A stretch of DNA of 64,000 bases from the human T2T-CHM13v2.0 reference genome, Homo sapiens. Below the pieces are notes generated by a model that was not told where the DNA came from, did not search any database, and was given only the letters and a program-made list of their open reading frames with translations. Below are positions 14,001 through 29,700 of this stretch, one piece after another (the stretch's first letter is position 1; each line of letters begins with the position of its first letter). The stretch lies in assembly GCF_009914755.1 (NCBI RefSeq), contig NC_060933.1; one strand, written 5' to 3'. Made by a program: the position numbers and the translations under genes.

Positions 14001-17000
14001 GTTGTTTCCATTCCATTCCATTCCATTTCACTCCATTCCATTGCACTCGGGTTGATTCCATTCCATTCCATTCCATTGCATTCCATTCCATTCCATTCCG
14101 GATGATTCCATTCCATTGCATTCCTTTCCATTCCATTCCCCTGCACTCGGGTTGATTCCATTCCATTCCATTCCATTGCATTCCGTTCAATTCCATTCCA
14201 TTCCATTCGGATTGATTCTATTCAATTCCCTTACACTCCATTACATTCCATTCCATTCGGGTAGTTTCCATTCCATTCCATTCCATTCCTCTCCATTCTA
14301 TTGCACTTGGGTTGATTCCATTCCATTCCATTCCATTCCATTCCATTCCATGCCATTCCATTCCATTCCATTCCGTTCCATTGTACTCGGGTTGATTCCA
14401 TTCCATTGCATTCCATTCCATTCCATTCCATTCCATTCCATTCCATTCCATTCCATTCCGTTCCATTCCATTACATTCGGATTGATTCTATTCAACTCCC
14501 TAACTCTCCATTACATTCCATTCCATTCGGGTTGTTCCATTCCATTCCATTCCATTCCCCTCCATTCCATTGCACTCGTGTTGATTCCATTCCATTCCAT
14601 TCCATTCAATTCCATTCCATTCCATTCCGGATGATTCCATTCCATTGCATTCCGTTCCATTACATTCCCCTGCACTCGGGTTGATTCCATTCCATTCCAC
14701 TCCATTCCATTCGATTCCATCCCATTCCAATTCTTTCCATTCCATTCTATTCCGTAACATTCCATTCCATTCCATACAATTCCATTCCATTCCATTCCAC
14801 TCCGTTCCGTTCCGTTCCGTTCCATTCCATTCCATTCCATTCTATTCGGTTTAATTCCATTCCATTCCATTCCATTCCATTCTATTCCATTCCATTGCAA
14901 TCGAGTTGAGTCCATTGCATTCCATTCCATTCCATTCTATTCCATTCCATTGCAATCGAGTTGAGTCCATTGCATTCCATTCCATTCCATTCCATTCCAT
15001 TCCATTCCATTCCAGAAGATTCCATTCCATTGCATTCCATTCCATTCCATTCCATTCCATTCCATTCCATTGTACTCGGGTTGATTCCATTCCATTGCAT
15101 TCCATTCCATTCCATTCCATTCCATTCCATTCCATTCCGTTCTATTCCATTCCATTACATTCGGATTGATTCTTTTCAACTCCCTTACTCTCCATTACAT
15201 TGCATTCCATTCGGGTTGTTCCATTCCATTCCTTTCCATTCCACTCCATTCCATTGCACTCGGGTTGATTCCATTCCATTCCATTCCATTCCATTCCGGA
15301 TGATTCCATTCCATTGCTTTCCGTTCCATTACATTCCCCTGCACTCGGGTTGAATCCATTCCATTCCATTCCATTCCATTCTATTCCCCTGCACTCGCGT
15401 TGATTCCATTCCATTCCATTCCATTCCATTCCATTCCATTCCATTCCATTCCATTCCATTCCTTTCCATTCCAGTCCTTTCCATTCCATTCCACTCGGGT
15501 TGATTCCATTCTATTAGTTTCCATTCCATTCCATTACCTTCCATTCCACTGTGGTTGATTCCATTCCTTTCCATTCCACTCGAATACATTCCCTCCTATT
15601 CCACTCGGAACAATTCCATTCCATTCCATTCCATTCCGTTCCATTCCATTCCATTCCATTCCATTCCATTTCGTTGCATTCCATTCTATTCCGTATCATT
15701 CCATTCCATTCCATTCCATTCCATTCCATTCCATTCCACTCGTGTTGATTCCATTCCTTTCCATTCCATTCGGTTTGAAGGCCTTCCATTCCATTCCATT
15801 CCATTCCATTCCATTCCATTCCATTTCATTCCATTCCATTGTACTCGGGTTGATTCCATTCCATTGCATTCCATTCCATTCCATTACATTCCTTTCCATT
15901 CCGTTGCATTCCATTCCATTACATTCGGATTGATTCTATTCAACTCCCTTACTCTCCATTACATTCCATTCCATTCGGGTTGTTCCATTCCATTCCATTC
16001 CATTCCACTCCATTCCAATGCACTCGGGTTTATTCCATTCCATTCCATTCCATTCCATTCCATTCCATTCCGGAAGATTCCATTCCATTGCATTCCATTC
16101 CATTCCATTCCCCTGAACTCGCGTTGATTCCATTCCATTCCATTCCATTCCATTCCATTCCTTTCCGATCCATTCCATTCCATTCCATTCCATTCCAATC
16201 CATTCCATTCCGTTCCGTTCCGTTTCCATTCCATTCCATTCCATTCTATTCGGGTTAATTCCATTCCATTCCATTCGATTGCAATCGAGTTGATTCCATT
16301 CCATTCTATTCCATTCCATTCCATTCCATTCCATTCCTTTCCATTCCATTACGGATGATTCCATTCCATTGCATTCCATTCCATTCCATTCCCTTGTACT
16401 CGGGTTGATTCCATTCCATTCCATTTCAATCCATGCCATTCCACTCGTGTTGATTCCATTCTTTCCATTCCATTCAAGTTGAATCCATTCCATTGCATTC
16501 CATTCCATTCCATTCCCCTGCACTCGCGTTGATTCCATTCCATTCCATTCCATCTCATTCCATTCCGTAACGTTCCATTCCATTCCATTCCATTCCGTTC
16601 CGTTCCATTCCATTCCATTCCATTCTATTCGGGTTAATTCCATTCCATTCCATTCGATTGCAATCGAGTTGATTCCATTCCATTCCATTCCATTCCATTC
16701 CATTCCATTCCATTCCATTCCATTCCTTTCCATTCCATTACGGATGATTCCATTCCATTGCATTCCATTCCATTCCATTCCCCTGTACTCGGGTTGATTC
16801 CATTCCATTCCATTCCAATCCATGGTATTCCACTCGTGTTGATTCCATTCTTTCCATTCCATTCAAGTTGAATCCATTCCATTGCATTCCATTCCATTCG
16901 ATTCCATTCGATTGCACTCGGGTTGATTCCATTCCATTGCATTCCATTCCATTCGATTCCATTCCATTCCATTCCATTCCGTTCCATTCCATTCCATTAC

Positions 17001-20000
17001 TTTCGGATTGATTCTATTCAATTCCCTTACACTCCATTACATTCCATTCCATTCGGGTAGTTTCCATTCCATTCCATTCCATTCCTCTCCATTCCATTGC
17101 ACTCGGGTTGATTCCATTCCATTCCATTCCATTCAATTCCATTCCGTTCCATTCCATTCCATTACATTCGGATTGATTCTATTCAACTCCCTTACTCTCC
17201 ATTACATTCTATTCCATTCGGGTTGTTCCCTTCCATTCCATTCCATTCCACTCCATTCCATTGCACTCGGGTTTATTCCATTCCATTCCATTCCATTCCA
17301 TTCCATTCCGTTCCGTTCCATTCCATTCCATTCCATTCTATTCGGGTTAATTCCATTCCATTCCATTCCATTCCATTCCACTCGAGTTGATTCCATTCCA
17401 TTCCATTCCATTCCATTCCATTCCACTCCATTCCAGTCCTTTCCATTCCATTCCACTCGGGTTGATTCCAATGTATTCCTTTCCATTCCATTTCATTCCA
17501 TTGCAATCGAGTTGATTCCATTGCTTTGCATTCCATTCCTTTCCATTCCATTCCGGATGATTCCATTCCATTGCATTCCATTACATTCCATTCTCCTGCA
17601 CTCGGGTTGATTCCATTCCATTCCACTCCATTCCGTTCCATTCCATTCCATTCCATTGTATTCGTGTTAATTCCATTCCATTGCATTCCATTCCATTCCA
17701 TTCCATTACAATCGAGTTGATTCCATTCCATTCCATTCCATTCCAGTCCTTTCCATTCCATTCCACTCGGGTTGATTCCATTCTATTAGTTTCCATTCCA
17801 TTCCATTCCCTTCCATTCCACTCTGGTTGATACCTTTCCTTTCCATTCCACTCGAATACATTCCCTCCTATTCCACTCGGAACGATTCCATTCCATTCCA
17901 TTCCATTCCATTCCATTCCATTCTATTCTATTCCATTCCATTTCGTTCCATTCCATTCTATTCCGTATCCTTCCATTCCATTCCATTCCATTCCATTCCA
18001 TTGTACTCGCGTTGATTCCATTCCATTCCATTCCATTCCATTCCAATCAAGTTGATTCCTTTCCATTCCATTCCATTCCATTCCATTCCATTGCACTCCA
18101 TTCCAGTCCTTTCCATTCCTTTCCACTCGGGTTGATTCCAATGTATTCCATTCCGTTCCATTCCATTCCATTCCATTCCATTCCATTTTACTCGGGTTGA
18201 TTCCATTCCATTGCATTCCATTCCATTCCATTCCATTCCATTCCGTTCCATTCCATTCCATTACATTCGAATTGATTCTTTTCAACTCCCTTGCTCTCCA
18301 TTACATTCCATTCCATTCGGGTTGTTCCATTCCATTCCATTCCATTCCACACCATTCCATTGCACTCGGGTTGATTCCATTCCATTCCATTCCATTCCAT
18401 TCCGGATGATTCCTTTCCTTTGCATTCCGTTCCATTACATTCCCCTGCACTCGGGTTGATTCCATTACATTCCATTCCATTCCATTCGATTCTATTCCAT
18501 TCTCCTGCACTCACGTTCATTCCATTCCATTCCATTCCATTCCATTCCATTCCATTCCATTCCTTTCCATTCCAGTCCTTTCCATTCCATTCCACTAGGG
18601 TTGATTCCATTCTATTAGTTTCCATTCCATTCCATTCCCTTCCATTCCACTCTGGTTGATTCCATTCCTTTCCATTCCACTCGAATACATTCCCTCCTAT
18701 TCCACTCGGAACGATTCCATTCCATTCCATTCCATTCCATTCCATTCCATTCCATTTCGTTCCATTCCATCCTATTCCGTATCATTCTGTTCCATTCCAT
18801 TCCATTCCATTCCATTCCATTCCATTCCATTCCACTCGTGTTGATTCCATTCCTTTCCATTCCATTCGGTTTGAAGGCATTCCATTCCATTCCATTCCAT
18901 TCCATTCCATTCCATTGTACTCGGGTTGATTCCATTCCATTGCATTCCATTCCATTCCATTCCATTCCGTTGCATTCCATTCCATTACATTCTGATTGAT
19001 TCTATTCAACTCCCTTACTCTCCATTACATTCCATTCCATTCGGGTTGTTCCATTCCATTCCATTCCATTCCACTCCATTCCATTGCACTCGGGTTGATT
19101 CCATTCCATTCCATTCCATTCCATTCCATTCCGGATGATTCCATTCCATTGCATTCCGTTCCATTACATTCGCCTGCACTCGCGTTGATTCCATTCCATT
19201 CCATTCCATTGAATTCCATTCCATTACAATTCCTTCCATTCCATTCTATTCCGTACCATTCCATTCCATTCCATACCATTCCATTGCATTCCATTCCATT
19301 CCATTCCATTCCATTCCACTCCATTCCAGTCCTTTCCATTCCATTCCAATCAGGTTGATTCCATTCTATTCTTTTCCATTCCATTCCTTTCCATTGCAAT
19401 CGAGTTGATTCCATTGCTTTGCATTCCATTCCATTCCATTCCATTCCGGATGATTCCATTCCATTGCATTCCATTCCATTCCATTCCCCTGCACTCGGGT
19501 TGAATCCATTCCATTCCACTCCATTCCGTTCCATTCCATTCCATTCCATTCCATTCCATTGTATTCGGGTTAATTCCATTCCATTCCATTCCATTCCATT
19601 CCATTCCATTCCATTACAATCCTGTTGATTCCATTCCATTCCATTCCATTTCATTCCAGTCCTTTCCATTCCATTCCACTCGGGTTGATTCCAATCTATT
19701 AGTTTCCATTCCATTCTATTCCCTTCCATTCTACTCTGGTTGATTCCATTCCTTTCCATTCCACTCGAATACATTCCCTCCTATTCCACTCCGAACGATT
19801 CCATTCCATTCCATTCCATTCCATTCCATTCCGTTCCATTCCATTCCATTACATTCTGATTGATACTATTCAATTCCCTTACACTCCATTACATTCCATT
19901 CCATTCGGGTAGTTTCCATTCCATTCCATTCCATTCCTCTCCATTACATTGCACTCGGGTTGATTCCACTCCATTGCATTCCATTCCATTCCATTCCATT

Positions 20001-21600
20001 CAATTCCATTCCGTTCCATTCCATTGCATTACATTCGGATTGATTCTATTCAACTCCCTTACTCTCCATTACATTCCATTCCATTCGGGTTGTTCCATTC
20101 CATTCCATTCCATTCCACTCCATTCCATTGCACTCGGGTTGATTCCATTCCATTCCATTCCATTCAATTCCATTCCATTCCATTCCATTCCTTTCCATTC
20201 CGGATGATTCCATTCCATTACATTCCGTTCCATTACATTCCCCTGCACTCGGGTTGATTCCATTCCATTCCATTCCATTCCATTCCATTCCATTCCATTC
20301 CAATTCTTTCCATTCCTTTCTATTCCGTACCATTCCATTCCATTCCATACAATTCCATTCCATTCCATTCCATTCCGTTCCGTTCCGTTCCGTTCCGTTC
20401 CATTCCATTCCATTCCATTCTATTCGGGTTAATTCCATTCCATTCCATTCCATTCCATTCTATTCCATTCCATTGCAATCGAGTTGAATCCATTGCATTC
20501 CATTCCATTGCATTCCGGAAGATTCCATTGCATTGCATTCCATTCCATTCCATTCCCCTGTACTCGTGTTGATTCCATTCCATTCCATTCCATTCCATTC
20601 CATTCCGATCCGTTCCATTCCATTCCATTCCATTCCATTCCATTCCATTCCATTCCATTCCGTTCCGTTCCGTTCCATTCCATTCCATTCCATTCCATTC
20701 TATGCGGGTTAATTCCATTCCATTCCATTCGATTGCAATCGAGTTGATTCCATTCCATTCCATTCCATTCCATTCCATTCCATTCCATTACGTATGATTC
20801 CATTCCATTTCATTCCATTCCATTCCATTCCCCTGTACTCGGGTTGATTCCATTCCATTCCACTCCAATCAATGCCATTCCACTCGTGTTGATTCCATTC
20901 TTTCCATTCCATTCAAGTTGAATCCATTCCATTGCATTCCATTCCATTCGATTCCATTCGATTGCACTCGGGTTGATTCCATGGCATTGCATTCCATTCC
21001 ATTCCATTCCATTCCTTTCCATTCCATTCCATTCCATTCGGATTCATTCTATTCAATTCCCTTACACTCCATTACATTCCATTCCATTCGGGTAGTTTCC
21101 ATTCCATTCCATTCCATTCCTCTCCATTCCATTGCACTCGGTTTGATTCCATTCCATTCCATTCCATTCCATTCTATTCCATTCCATTCCGGATGATTCC
21201 ATTCCATTGAATTCCATTCCATTCCATTCCCCTGCACTTGGGTTGATTCCATTCCATTCCATTCCATTCCTTTCTGTTCCATTCCATTCCATTCCATTCC
21301 ATTCTATTCGTGTTAATTCCATTCCATTCTATTCCATTCCATTCCATTGAAATCGAGTTGATTCCATTCCATTCCATTCCATTCCATTCCATTCCATTCC
21401 ATTCCATTCCGGATGATTCCATTGCATTGCATTCCATTCCATTCCATTCCCCTGCACTCGGGTTGATTCTATTCGATTCCATTGCATTACATTCCGTTCC
21501 ATTCCGTTCCATTTCATTCTATTCGGGTTAATTCCATTCCATTGCATTCCACTCCATTCCAGTCCTTTCCATTCCATTCCACTCGGGTTGATTCCATTCT
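11046..21600 (-). repeat. HSat3 sub-domain type A
   Basis: Diagnostic modules attcaactcccttactctcc, cattctttccattccattcaagttgaatcc and ctcgaatacattccctcctattccactcggaacg. Confidence 0.7.
14881..14990 (-). repeat. 55-bp tandem duplication
   Basis: tctattccattccattgcaatcgagttgagtccattgcattcc at 14881 and 14936. Confidence 0.85.
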
Positions 21601-23199
21601 ATTCCTTTCCATTCCATTCCATTCCATTGCAATCGAGTTGATTCCATTCGAGTTGAATCCATTCCATTCCATTCCATTCCATTGCACACGGGTTCATTCC
21701 ATTGCATTCCATTCCATTCCATTCCATTCCATTCCATTCCATTCCATTCCATTCCATTTCATTCCATTCCATTCTATTCCGTACCATTCCATTCCATCCC
21801 ATTCCATTCCGTTCCATTCCATGCCATTACACTCGGGTTGATTCCATTCCTTTCCATTCCATTCTTGTTGAATCCATTCCATTCCATTCCATTCCATTCC
21901 ATTCGAATCCATTCCATTGCACTCGGGTTGATTCCATTCCATTCCATTCCATTCCATTTCATTCCATTCCATTCCATTACATTCGGATTGATTCTATTCA
22001 ATTCCCTTACACTCCATTATATTCCGTTCCATTCGGGATGTTTCCATTCCATTCCATTCCATTTCACTCCATTCCATTGCATCAGGTTGATGGCATTCCA
22101 TTCCATTCCATTCCATTCCGGATGATTACATTGCATTGCATTCCATTCCATTCCATTCCCCTGCACTCGGGTTGATTCCATTCCATTCCATTCCATTCCA
22201 TTCCATTCCATTCCGTTCCATTCCATTCCATTCCATTCCATTCCATTCCATTCTATTCCGGTTAATTCCATTCCATTACATTCGATTCCATTCCATTCCC
22301 TTCCATTCCATTGCAATCGAGCTGATTCCATTCCATTCCATTCCATTCCGTTCCAGATGATTCCATTCCATTCCATTCCATTCCATTCCATTCCATTCCC
22401 CTGCAGTCGGGTTGATTCCATTCCATTCCATTCCATTCCATTCCATTCCATTCCATTCCGGAAGATTCCATTCCATTGCATTCCATTACATTCCATTCCC
22501 CTGCACTCGCGTTGATTCCATTCCATTCCATTCCATTCCATTGCATTCCATTGCATTCCATTGCATTCCATTCCCCTGCACTCAGGTTGATTCCATTCCA
22601 TTCCATTCCATTCCATTCCATTCTATTCGCGTTAAATCCATTCCACTCCATTCCATTACATTCCATTGCAATCGACTTGATTCCATTCCATTCCATTCCA
22701 TTCCATTCCATTCCATTCAAGTCCTTTCCATTCCATTCCACTCGTGTTGATTCCATTTTATTAGTTTCCATTCCATTCCATTCCCTTCCATTCCACTCTG
22801 GTTGATTCCATTCCTTTCCATTCCACTCGAATTCATTCCCTTCTATTCCACTCGGAATGATTCCATTCCATTCCGTTCCATTCCATTCCATTCCATTTCG
22901 TTCCATTCCATTTTATTCCGTACCATTCCATTCCATTCCATTCCATTCCATTCCATTCCATTCCATTCCATTCCATGCCATTCCACTCGGGTTGATTCCA
23001 TTGCTTTCCATTCCATTTGGGTTGAATCCATTCCATTCCATTCCATTCCATTCCATTCCATTCCATTCCATTCAATTGCACTAGGTTTGATTCCATTCCA
23101 CTGCATTCCATTCCATTCCATTCCATTGCATTCCATTCCATTCCCCTGCACTCGGGTTCATTCCATTCCATTCCATTTACTTCCATTCCATTCCATTCC

Positions 23200-23760
23200 T
23201 TTCTATTACATTCTATTCGGATTAATTCCATTCCATTCCATTCCATTCCATTCCATTCCATTCCATTCCATTCCATTCCATTCCATTGCAATCGAGTTGA
23301 TTCCATTCCATTCCATTCCAATCCGGATGATTCCATTCCATTGCCTTCAATTCCATTCCATTCCCCTGCACTCGGGTTGATTCCGTTCCATTCCATTCCA
23401 TTCCATTCCATTCCATTCCATTTCATTCCGTTCCATTTCGTTCCATTCCATTCTATTCCGTACCATTCCATTCCATTCCATTCCATTCCATTCCATTCCA
23501 TTCCATTCCATTCCATTCTATTCGGGTTAATTCCATTCCATTCCATTCCATTCCATTCCATTCCATTCCATTCCATTCCATTCCATTGCAATCGAGTTTA
23601 TTCCATTCCATTCCATTCAATTCCGGATGATTCCATTCCATTGCCTTCAATTCCATTCCATTTCCCTGCACTCGGGTTGATTCCATTCCATTCCATTCCA
23701 TTTCATTCCATTCCATTTCGTTCCATTCCATTCTATTCCGTACCATTCCATTCCATTCCA
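23200..23760 (-). repeat. 300-bp tandem duplication
   Basis: ccggatgattccattccattgccttcaattcc module with ttgccttcaa at 23341 and 23641, and the same flanking modules. Confidence 0.8.
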
Positions 23761-26700
23761 TTCCATTCCATACCATTCTATTCCGTTCCATTCCATTCCA
23801 TTCCATTCCATTCCATTTCATTCCATTCCATTTCGTTCCATTCCATTCTATTCTGTACCATTCCATGCCATTCCATTCTATTCCATTCCATTCCATTCCA
23901 TTCCATTCCACTCCATTCCATGCCATTCCACTCGGGTTGATTCCATTGCCTTCCATTCCATTCGAGTTGAATCCATTCCATTCCATTCCATTCCATTCCA
24001 TTCCATTCCATTCCATTGCACACGGGTTCATTCCATTCCATTCCATTCCATTCCATTCCATTCCATTTCGTTCCATTCCATTCTATTCTGTACCATTCCA
24101 TTCCATTCAATTCCACTCCATTCCATGCCATTCCACTCGGGTTTATTCCATTTCTTTTCATTCCATTTGGGTTGAATCCATTCCATTCCATTCCATTCCT
24201 TTCAAATCCATTACATTGCACTCGGGATGATTCCATTCCATTCCATTCCATCCTATTCCATTCCATTCCATGACACTCCACTCGGGTTGATTCCATTCCT
24301 TTCCATTCCATTCGAGTTGAACCCTTTCCATTCCATTCCACTCCATTCCATTCCATTCCATTCCAGTCCATTCCATTCCATTCCATTCCATTCCATTCCA
24401 TTCCATTCCATTCCATTGCACACGATTTCATTCCACTCCATTCCATTCCATTCCATTCCATTCCATTCCATTCCATTCCATTCCATTTCGCTCCATTCCA
24501 TTCTATTCCGTACCATTCCATTCCATTCCATTCCATTCCATTCCATTCCATTCCATGCCATTCTACTCGGGTTGATTCCATTCCTTTCCATTCCATTCGA
24601 GTAGAACCCATTCGATTCCATTCCATTCCATTCCATTGCACACGGGTTCATTTCATTCCATTCCATTCCATTCCATTCCATTCCATTTCGTTCCATTCCA
24701 TTCTATTCCATACCATTCCATTCCATTCCATTCCATTAGACTCCATTCCATGCCATTCCACTCGGGTTTATTCCATTCCTTTCCATTCCATTCGGGTTGA
24801 ATCCATTCCATTCCATTATATTCCATTCCATTCGATTCCATTACATTGCACTCGTGTTGTTTCCATTCCATTCCATTCCATTCCATTCCATTCCATTCCA
24901 TTCCATGCCATTCCACTCGGGTTGATTCCATTCCATTCCATTCCATTCGAGTCGAACCCATTCCATTCCATTCCATTCCATTCCATTCCATTCCATTCCA
25001 ATCCATTGCACAAGTTTTCATTGCATTCCTTTCCATTCCATTCTATTCCATTTCGTTCCATTCCATTCTATTCCGTACCATTCCATTCCATTCCATTCCA
25101 TTCCACTCCATTTCATTCCATTCCATGCCATTCCACTCGGGTTTATTCTATTCCTTTCCATTCCATTCGGGTTGAATCCATTCCTTTCCATTCCATTCCG
25201 TTCAATTCCATTCCATTGCACTCGGGTTGATTCCATTCCATTCCATTCCATTCCATTTCATTCCGTTCCATTCCATTCCATTACATTCGGATTGATTTTT
25301 TTCAATTCCCTTACACTCCATTACATTCCATTCCATTCGGGTAGTTTCCATTCCATTCGATTCCATTACACTCCATTGCATTGCACTCGGGTTGATTGAT
25401 TCCATTCCATTGCATTCCATTCCATTCCATTCCATTCCGGATGATTCCATTCCATTGCATTCCATTCCGTTCCATTCCCCTGCACTCGGGTTGATTCCAT
25501 TCCATTCCATTCCGTTCCATTCCATTCCATTCCATTCCATTCCATTCTGTTCAGGTTAATTCCATTCCATTCCGTTCCATTCCATTCCATTCCATTCCAT
25601 TCCATTCCATTGCAATCTAGTTGATTCCATTGCATTCCATTCCATTCCATTCCATTGCATTCCATACCCCTGCACTCAGGTTGATTCCATTCCATTCCAT
25701 TCCATTGCGCTCGGGTTGATTCCATTCCATTCTATACCATTCCATTTCATTCCATTCCATTCCATTCCATTCCTTTCCATTCCATTCCATTCCTTTCCTT
25801 TCAATTCCATTCCATTACATTCGGATTGATTCTTTTTAATTCCCTTACACTCCATTACATTCCATTCCATTCGGGTACTTTCCATTCCATTCCATTCCAT
25901 TCCACTGCATTCTATTGCACTCGCGTTGATTGATTCCATTCCATTGCATTCCATTCCATTCCATTCCATTCCATTCCATTCCATTCCATTCTGTTCAGGT
26001 TAATTCCATTCCATTCCATTCCCTTCCATTCCATTCCATTCCATTCCATCCCATTGCAATCAAGGTGATTCCATTGCATTCCATTCCATTCCATTCCATT
26101 GCATTCCATTCCATTCCATTCCCCTGCACTCAGATTGATTCCATTCCATTCCTTTCCATTCCATTCCGTTCCATTCCTTTCCATTCCATTCTATTTGCGT
26201 TAATTCCGTTCCATTCCATTCCAATCCATTCCTTTGCAATCGAGTTGATTCCATTCCATTCCATTCCATTCCATTCCATTCCATTGCACTAGGTTTGATT
26301 CCATTCCACTGCATTCCATTCCATTCCATTCCATTCCTTTCCATTCCACTCCATTCCATTGCAGTCGGGTTGATTCCATTCCATTCCATTCCATTCCCTT
26401 CCATTTCATTTCGTTCCATTCCATTCTATTCCATACCTTTCCATTCCAATCCATTCCATTCCTTTCCATTCCATTCCATTCCATTCCATGCCATTCCACT
26501 CGGGTTGATTCCTTTCCATTCCATTCCATTCGGGTTGAAACCATTCCATTCCATTCCATTCCATTCCATTCCGGATGATTGCATTCCATTGCCTTCCATT
26601 CAATTGCATTCCCCTGCACCCGGGTTGATTCCATTCAATTCCACTCCATTCCATTCCGTTCCATTCCATTCCATACCATTCCATTCCATTCCATTCCATT

Positions 26701-29700
26701 CTATTCGGGTTAATTCCATTCCATTCCATTCCATTCCATTCAATATCATTGCAATCGGGTTGATTCCATTCCGTTCCATTCCATTGCATTCCATTCCATT
26801 CCATTCCATTCCATTCCATTCCATTCCACTCGGGTTGATTCCATTCCTTTCCATTCCATTCCATTCGGGGTGAAGCCTTTCCATTCCATTCCATTCCTTT
26901 CGATTCCATTCCATTGCACTCGTGTTGATCCCATTCCATTGCATTCCATTCCATTCCATTCTATTCCATTCCATTCCATTCCGTTCCATTCAATTCCATT
27001 ACATTCGGATTGATTCTATTCAATTCCCTTACAATCCATCACATTCCATTCCATTCGGGTTGTTTCCATTCCATTCCATTCCATTCCATTCCATTCCATT
27101 CCATTCCGTATGATTCCATTCCATTGCATTCTATTCCATTCCATTCCCCTGCACTCGGGTGGATTCCATTCTATTCCATTCCATTCCATTCCATTCCATT
27201 CCATTCCATTCCATTCCATTCCATTGAAATCGAGTTGATTCCATTCCATTCCATTCCATTCAATTCCATTCCATTCCATTCTATTCGGGTAAATTCCATT
27301 CCATTCCATTCCATTCCCTTCCATTCCATTCCATTCCAATCCTTTCCATTCCATTCCATTCTATTAGGGTTAATTCCATTCCATTCCATTCCATTCCATT
27401 CCATTCCATTCCATTCCATTCCATTGCAATCGAGTTGATTCCATTCCATTCCATTCCATTCCATTCCATTCAATTCCATTGAACTCGGGTTGATTCCATT
27501 CCATTCCATGCCATTCCATTTCATTCCAATGCATTGCCTTCCATTCCATTCCATTCCTCTGCACTCGGGTTGATTCCATTCCATTCCATTCCATTCCATT
27601 CCATGCCATTCCACTCGGGTTGATTCCATTACTTTCCATTCCATTCGAGTTGAATCCATTCCATTCGATTCCATTCCATTCGATTCCGTTCCATTGATCA
27701 AGGGTTCATTCTATTCCATTCCATTCCATTCCATTCTATTCCATTCCATTCCATTTCGTTCCATTCCATTCTCTTCCGTACCATTCCATCCCATTCCATT
27801 CCACTCCATTCCATGCCATTCCACTCGGGTTTATTCCATTCCTTTCCATTCGATTCGGGTTGAATTCATTCCATTCCATTCCATTCCATTCCATTCCATT
27901 CCATTCCATTGCACTCGGGTTGATTCCATTCCATTCCATTCCATTTCATTCCATTCCCTTCCATTCCATTTCATTCCATTCCATTCCATTCCCTTCCATT
28001 CCATTCCATTCCATGCCATTCCACTCGGGTTGATTCCATTCCTTTCCATTCCTTTCGAGTTGAACCCATTCCATTCCATTCCATTCCATTCCATTCCATT
28101 CCATTTCGTTCTTTTCCATTCTATTCCGTACCATTCCATTCCATTCCATTCCATTCCATGCCATTCCACTCGGGTTTATTCCATTCCTTTCCATTCCATT
28201 CGGGTTCAATCCATTCCATTCCCTTCCATTCCATTCGATTCCATTCCATTGCACTCGGGTTGATTCCATTCCATTCCATGCCATTCCATTTCATTCCATT
28301 CCATTCCATTCCATTCCATTCTATTCCGTTCCATTCCATTCCATTACATTCGGATTGATTCTTTTTAATTCCCTTACACTCCATTACATTCCATTCCATT
28401 TGGGTACTTTCCATTCCATTCCATTCCATTCCACTGCATTCTATTGCACTCGGGTTGATTGATTCCATTCCTTTGCATTCCATTCCATTCCATTCAATTC
28501 CGGATGATTCCATTCCATTGCATTCCATTCCATTCCATTCCCCTGCACTCGGGTTGATCCCATTCCATTGCATTCCATTACATTCCATTCCATTCCATTC
28601 CATTCCATTCCGTTCCATTCCATTCCATTCCATTCTGTTCAGGTTAATTCCATTCCATTCCATTCCCTTCCATTCCATTCCATTCCATTCCATTCCATCC
28701 CATTGCAATCGAGTTGATTCCATTGCATTCCATTCCATTCCATTCCATTCCATTGCGTTCCATTCCATTCCATTCCATTCCATTCCATTCCATTGCCTTC
28801 CATTCCATTCCATTCCCCTGCACTCAGATTGATTCCATTTCATCCCATTCCATTCCATTCCGTTCCATTCCGTTCCATTCCATTCTATACGCGTTAATTC
28901 CATTCCATTCCATTACATTCCATTGCAATCGAGTTGATTCCATTCCATTCCGTTCCATTCCATTCCATTCCATTCCATTTCGTTCCATTCCATTCTATTC
29001 CGTACCATTCCATTCCATTCCATTCCATTCCATTCCATGCCATTCCACTCGGGTTGATTCTATTGCTTTCCATTCCATTTGGGTTGAATCCAATCCATTC
29101 CATTCCATTCCATTCCATTCCATTCCATGCCATTCCATTCCATTCCATTGCACTAGGTTTGATTCCATTCCACTGCATTCCATTCCATTTCATTCCGTTC
29201 CATTCCATTCCATTACATTCGGATTGATTGTGTTCAATTCCTTACACTCCATTACATTCCATTCCATTCGGGTTGTTTCCATTCCGTTCCATTCCATTCC
29301 ATTCCATTCCATTGCACTCAGGTTGATTCCATTCCATTCCATTCCATTCCATTCCATTCCATTCCATTCCATTCCATTTCGTTCCATTCCATTCTATTCT
29401 GTACCATTCCATTCCATTCCATTCCATTCCATGCCATTCCACTCGGGTTTATTCCATTCCTTTCCATTCCATTCGGGTTGAATCCATTCCATTCCATTCC
29501 ATTCCATTCCATTCCATTCCATTCCATTCCATTCCATTGCACTCGGGTTGATTCCATTCCATTCCCTGCCATTCCATTTCATTCCATTCCATTCCATTCC
29601 CTTCCATTCCATTGCATTCCATTCCATTCCATTCCGTTCCATTCCATTCCATTACATTCGGTTTGATTGTATTCAATTCCCTTACACTCCATTACATTCC

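Noticed and set aside
1-22090. Perfect palindrome or fold-back artefact centred on 11045
   Set aside because: Sequences immediately either side are not reverse complements at the module level; the right start best matches ~7235, about 3.8 kb from the junction.
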